From Octopus bimaculoides (Eukaryota): DNA of 64,000 nt. The position numbers and the translations under genes are program-made. The notes under the pieces are model-generated. The model was not told the origin of the DNA. It saw only the letters and a list, made by a program, of their open reading frames with translations, and searched no databases. The stretch covers positions 104,972,531 through 105,036,530 of the forward strand of contig NC_068984.1 in assembly GCF_001194135.2 (NCBI RefSeq), in the 5' to 3' direction. Of this stretch, positions 62,883 to 64,000 are shown piece by piece. Position 1 is the first letter of the stretch. Each line of letters opens with the position of its first letter.

Positions 62883-64000
62883 TAAATGTATAGTTGTGTT
62901 AGTTTTAAGATAGATTATACCGATGATTAAACGCTAATTATTTTCGTTTGTTTAATAACCTGTCATTCAAACTATGTATGAATGAAAAAATTTTTACATT
63001 TTAAAATTATATAAGATTAACGCTGAAAATTTTTTTTAGCGTATCTGAGTGACTGACAATTAAGGCAGCCACAAAAATGAAAGCCACTTATTCTTAATTT
63101 TAAAACATTTCATAAGAAAGTATTTAAATTATAGTATTCAGTTTTAAACTGTTAATATCTGTAGTCATCAGATGTAATAATTATCCAACTGCATGAGCTG
63201 AAATGGTTTTTCTGAGCCATAGCTGCTGATAGTGATTGCTCAGTAAATGCTGCTCACATGCTTACATGCTCATCTCCAATTAAATTGGTGACTATTCTCA
63301 TTGTTGCCACTTAGAGCAGTCACAATAAAAAAATAAAAAGTAATGGTGTTCATCATAGTATCACATGCAGATTGGTTTCACTACCATCAAAGATCAACTA
63401 AAGCAGTTATGGTTTTTGGTGTGTTGTATGTAAAAAAAAAAAAAATCTACATTTCTCTGAAAAACCATTGTACCAGCATTCAATTTGTGCAGGAGCATAA
63501 CAATTGAATATTGTCTGACTGGTCATTAATTTAGGGTAAGATGAGGCAAAATTTAGTTTATTCTACCCTGATGACCAAGTGCATGTCCATTGTTTAGATG
63601 AAGACTTTCATTGAGTGCATGAATCTGACAGTTTAGATTGGTAGTGACAATATCAATGTTTGGTACTACATATCTGGAAAACAATGGTCCCGTACCCTAT
63701 TAGATCAATAGTATTGTAAACAGTAGAGTCTACCTGGAGATTCTGTAGAAGACCAAACTACTATTTGCCAAGAGTCATTTGGGCTGGCTGCTAATTTTTT
63801 TGCATTATAATGATTATAAATATACCACAGGAATAATCAAGGAATTCATCAAACATAAGGAAATCAGTCTTACAGTAACCAACACAATCCTTTAATTTAA
63901 ATTTGATCGAAAGAAAAAAGAAAAACCTTGTGGAAATGAGGTGACATGAATACTCAACAGGAAATAGATAAATTGCATGTTTGTATGGCAAAAGCTAAGG

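Noticed and set aside
63637-63711. IGSDNINVWYY... as furin exon 2
   Set aside because: Weak acceptor, no DYYHF-like motif, and a stop after 24 codons without a suitable donor.

Overview
Eukaryotic, AT-rich, repeat-dominated draft-assembly DNA with 14 N-gaps (about 3.6 kb). The SINE, LINE and MITE families and the microsatellite load look like an Octopus-type cephalopod genome; this is an inference, not a database match. No rRNA, genuine tRNA, CRISPR or prokaryotic features were seen. The one clearly recognisable host gene is the first coding exon of a furin-like proprotein convertase (58103-58267, +), set in a CpG-rich region; its next exon lies beyond the window. Splice signals suggest a second, unidentified multi-exon transcript on the minus strand, with a candidate ATG exon at 10723-10828 and upstream non-coding exons running up to a second CpG-rich region at about 45.7-46.9 kb. 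That region may be a bidirectional promoter shared with an upstream furin leader exon. The rest is decayed transposons: Tc1/mariner-superfamily elements of four kinds (DD34D mariner, DD37D maT, DD41D, pogo/Tigger), piggyBac-type MITEs, two Helitron 3' ends, RTE and R4-like LINE fragments, several tRNA-derived SINE families, long inverted repeats, a 13-bp minisatellite and an interstitial TTAGGG-like array. I found nothing that demonstrates a new biological system. The best leads are the promoter and exon architecture around furin, a near-perfect hairpin in its first intron, and position-dependent CpG decay readable from SINE copies. Repeat boundaries were read by eye and are approximate unless terminal repeats are quoted.
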